64,000 nt of DNA from NCBI RefSeq assembly GCF_009914755.1, contig NC_060925.1. One strand, given 5' to 3'. This stretch comes from the human T2T-CHM13v2.0 reference genome, Homo sapiens. Position 1 is the first letter of the stretch; each line of letters begins with the position of its first letter. Below the pieces are notes generated by a model. The model did no database searches, was not told the DNA's origin, and worked only from the letters and a program-made list of their open reading frames with translations. Below, one piece after another: positions 61,138-64,000 of this stretch. Both the position numbers and the translations under genes were made by a program.

Positions 61138-61177
<40 letters not shown>
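61138..61177. repeat. (CA)n microsatellite
   Basis: About 20 CA units. Confidence 0.95.
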
Positions 61178-61180
<3 letters not shown>

Positions 61181-61439
61181 TATATATTTCTGGCTTCTCT
61201 AATAAAAGTTTTTATAACTGACCCTCACAGTAAGTCATGCCACAAAGCCTATCCATGCTGTTTTTACTGTTGTTCTTCAATCGAATGACAACTTAAGATT
61301 GACCCTACAGAATCTAAGATCACAATTAGATCACTCTTTATTTTATTCTTGCCCCCTCCTCTTACCTATATCCCTTCCATATCTTCTTTTTAATTCTCTT
61401 TTTCCCTCTGCTTCCTTATGCACCAGGAACACAATTGTG

Positions 61440-62240
61440 TTACTCATTCACTCAATGAATATTTATTAAGCACTATGTACCAGGTATTGTGCTAGGCACC
61501 AGCAATACAGGAGAGAGCAAAAATTGAACAAGTTCCTGGCCTTACAGAGCTCACACACAGTCCAGGGGAGCCAGACGTTAATAATAGAAGCATTTATAGA
61601 AATGTAAAATTCTAATAGGAGACCATTTAAGAAAAATCAGAGTAAGTTTCTCTGAGGAAATGGACTGAGCTGAAATTAATGAGTTAATGAGGTAGATACG
61701 GAGAAGAAGGAAGAGCTTTCAAGGCAGAGGAAACAGCCCTTCCAAAGACGTGTGGCATAACAGAGCTTGGCTTATTAGAGGAACTTACAGAATTACACTG
61801 GTCTTGCAGTTCAGAAAACAAAGGGGAGAGTGCTAAATTGCTAAGGGGAGAGGCTGAATTGCTAAGCAGGTACCACCTCTCTCCATGGACTTGTGGGTCA
61901 GGTTAGATTTTGGTCTGTATCCTAAGGGCAAAAGAAAGCATCACAGTGGGAAAGATTATGTTGCTTCCAATGAGGAGAACTGGGAAATGCTTTAGGTACA
62001 GCATTTAAAAGGCCACTGCCACAGTCCAGGCAATGGTAGCTTAGACCAGAGTGTTAAGAGTGGAGATGAAAAGTGGAGGGAACCAATAGGGATTTTAGAA
62101 TTACAACTCAAAGAACATGATGATGGATTATATTTGGGAAGTAAGAGAGAGGACAATTTCAAGGACGACTTTTAAATATCTGGCTTGTACAACTGAATGC
62201 ATGGCAGTGCCATTTTTTAAAGCATAGGAACCACAGGAAG
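61440..62240 (-). mobile_element. L2 3' fragment
   Basis: CATTCACTCAA..AATATTTATTAAGCAC...CCAGGTATTGTGCTAGGCAC. Confidence 0.75.
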
Positions 62241-62530
62241 TGGAGCAGGTTTAGGATTTATATACAAGTGAAGTCTGGTTTAAATATTTATCCAGAGCTA
62301 TTTGAAAGGAAAATTTACATAAACCTATTATAAATACTTTTGTGACTGCTAAATAAATGTTGTTACAAAATAAAATAAGTGGAAAAGATACATTTAATCA
62401 GGATAAGAATATAGACCCTGAGAGAGATTTTACAATATATTTAATACTATATATTGCTATAGGCAATTCTGTTTGCTACAAAAATCTGTGCCAAAACTAT
62501 TTTATGGAAGCATTTCATATCTAACAGTCA

Positions 62531-62857
<327 letters not shown>

Positions 62858-63604
62858 TCAGTAAAAGGAAAGTATATATGTAATAAAATACAAGTAGAAA
62901 AAAGTAAGTAAAGCCAAAGGGCTTTCATTCTAGTGTATTTATACCATTTCCTTGTATTTATATGTATTTCCTATCATGATCTTGATATTGCACCACCTTA
63001 AATTCCTTTTCAGTTTGGCCTGAAATACTTTTCTTCCCTCCTTCCAGTGAGCCATTTAACAATAGTTTGTTATTCTGCTATAATCCATTTCCATCTCATG
63101 ACCTTCTCATTAACTTCAGACTAAGCCATAATAACAGTGCTTCAATACAAGAATAGAGCAACTGCCCTTCAAAGTCTCATTTTTTGAAATCCTGTGCTAT
63201 TATAAAATGCCATAATGACCTGAACATAAAGCCATGTCAAATGCTTTAGCAATGTAAAACTTGCTGTCTCATTAAGAGTATAGTCCTCCATTGTTAAACA
63301 AGAAACCACCAGCTCTGTTGGCATAAAGCCAATCAATAGAGAGTTTAGTTCTACATGAGGCTGAGAATTTTCTACAAGTGCAATTAATTTTATTCAGTTG
63401 ATTTTTATTCAGTTGTACATTGATTTTATTCGTTAAGCATCTTGTGACACTCTGAAATCCCAGGGACATTTAGTAGATATTTTAATCATACCACATATTG
63501 TAAAGTATGGGACATCCTGAAAGATCTCTCTTAGGAAGATATTAGAATAATGGAAAGGGTAGGGAGGAATGTGTGTGTTTTATAGAAAATTGCTAGAAAT
63601 GTAC

Positions 63605-64000
63605 CATGGTAGGCAAAATAGTGGCTCCCTGAAGATGTCTATGTCCTAATCCCTAGAACTTGTGAATATGTTACCTTATATGGCAAAAGGGACTTTGCAA
63701 ATGTATTAAAGTAAGGATATTGGGATAAGGAGATAATAATGACTTATCTGGATAGGCCCAATGTAATCACAGGGGTTCTTTTAAGAGGAGGGCAAGGGGG
63801 TCAGAGAAGAGAAAGAGATGTGAAGACCAAACCAGTGGTCACAGTGATGAAGGGCCACCAGCAAAGGCATGTCTGTTGCTTCTAGAGGCTGGAAAAGACA
63901 AAGAAACTAATTTTTCCCTAGAGTCTACAGAAGGAACACAGCTCTACCAATCCAATTTGGACTTCAGACCTTCAGAGGTGCCAGGTAATACATTTGCTTT
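63605..64000 (+). mobile_element. MLT1 (C/D-type) MaLR LTR running to the window edge
   Basis: GTCCTAATCCCTAGAACTTGTGAATATGTTACCTTA.ATGGCAAAAGGGACTTTGCA. Confidence 0.85.

Overview
Human/hominoid genomic DNA carrying the 5' part of PIGK (GPI-anchor transamidase catalytic subunit, GPI8) on the minus strand. It contains the CpG-island promoter (~53.4-53.7 kb) and coding exons 1-5 (codons 1-163). The catalytic His164/Cys206 exons lie off the left edge. The 37-kb intron 3 and the upstream flank are dense with retroelements: a MER57-type ERV1 provirus with nested AluY and MER9 LTR, a MER4A1 solo LTR, a full-length decayed HERV-L (MLT2A2) provirus inserted in a MIR and interrupted by a MER11 LTR, a second MER11, an AARSD1 processed-pseudogene fragment fused to an L1 tail, L1/L2/MIR pieces, 15 Alus, and a nested L2>LTR47-like>THE1D>Alu stack plus MER44A and MSTA upstream. 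I see no new protein-coding system. The unexplained structure is local and templated: (1) a ~160-bp inverted duplication 350 bp inside intron 1 that should fold as a long pre-mRNA hairpin; (2) a doubly inverted and deleted HERV-L 5' LTR whose TATA-like box and AATAAA now face the PIGK sense direction; (3) 117 bp of unique DNA copied into an Alu from 1.15 kb away; (4) a duplicated PPT module with a fossil LTR head in the MER57 provirus. Repeat subfamily names are from recalled consensus sequences and need RepeatMasker/Dfam confirmation.
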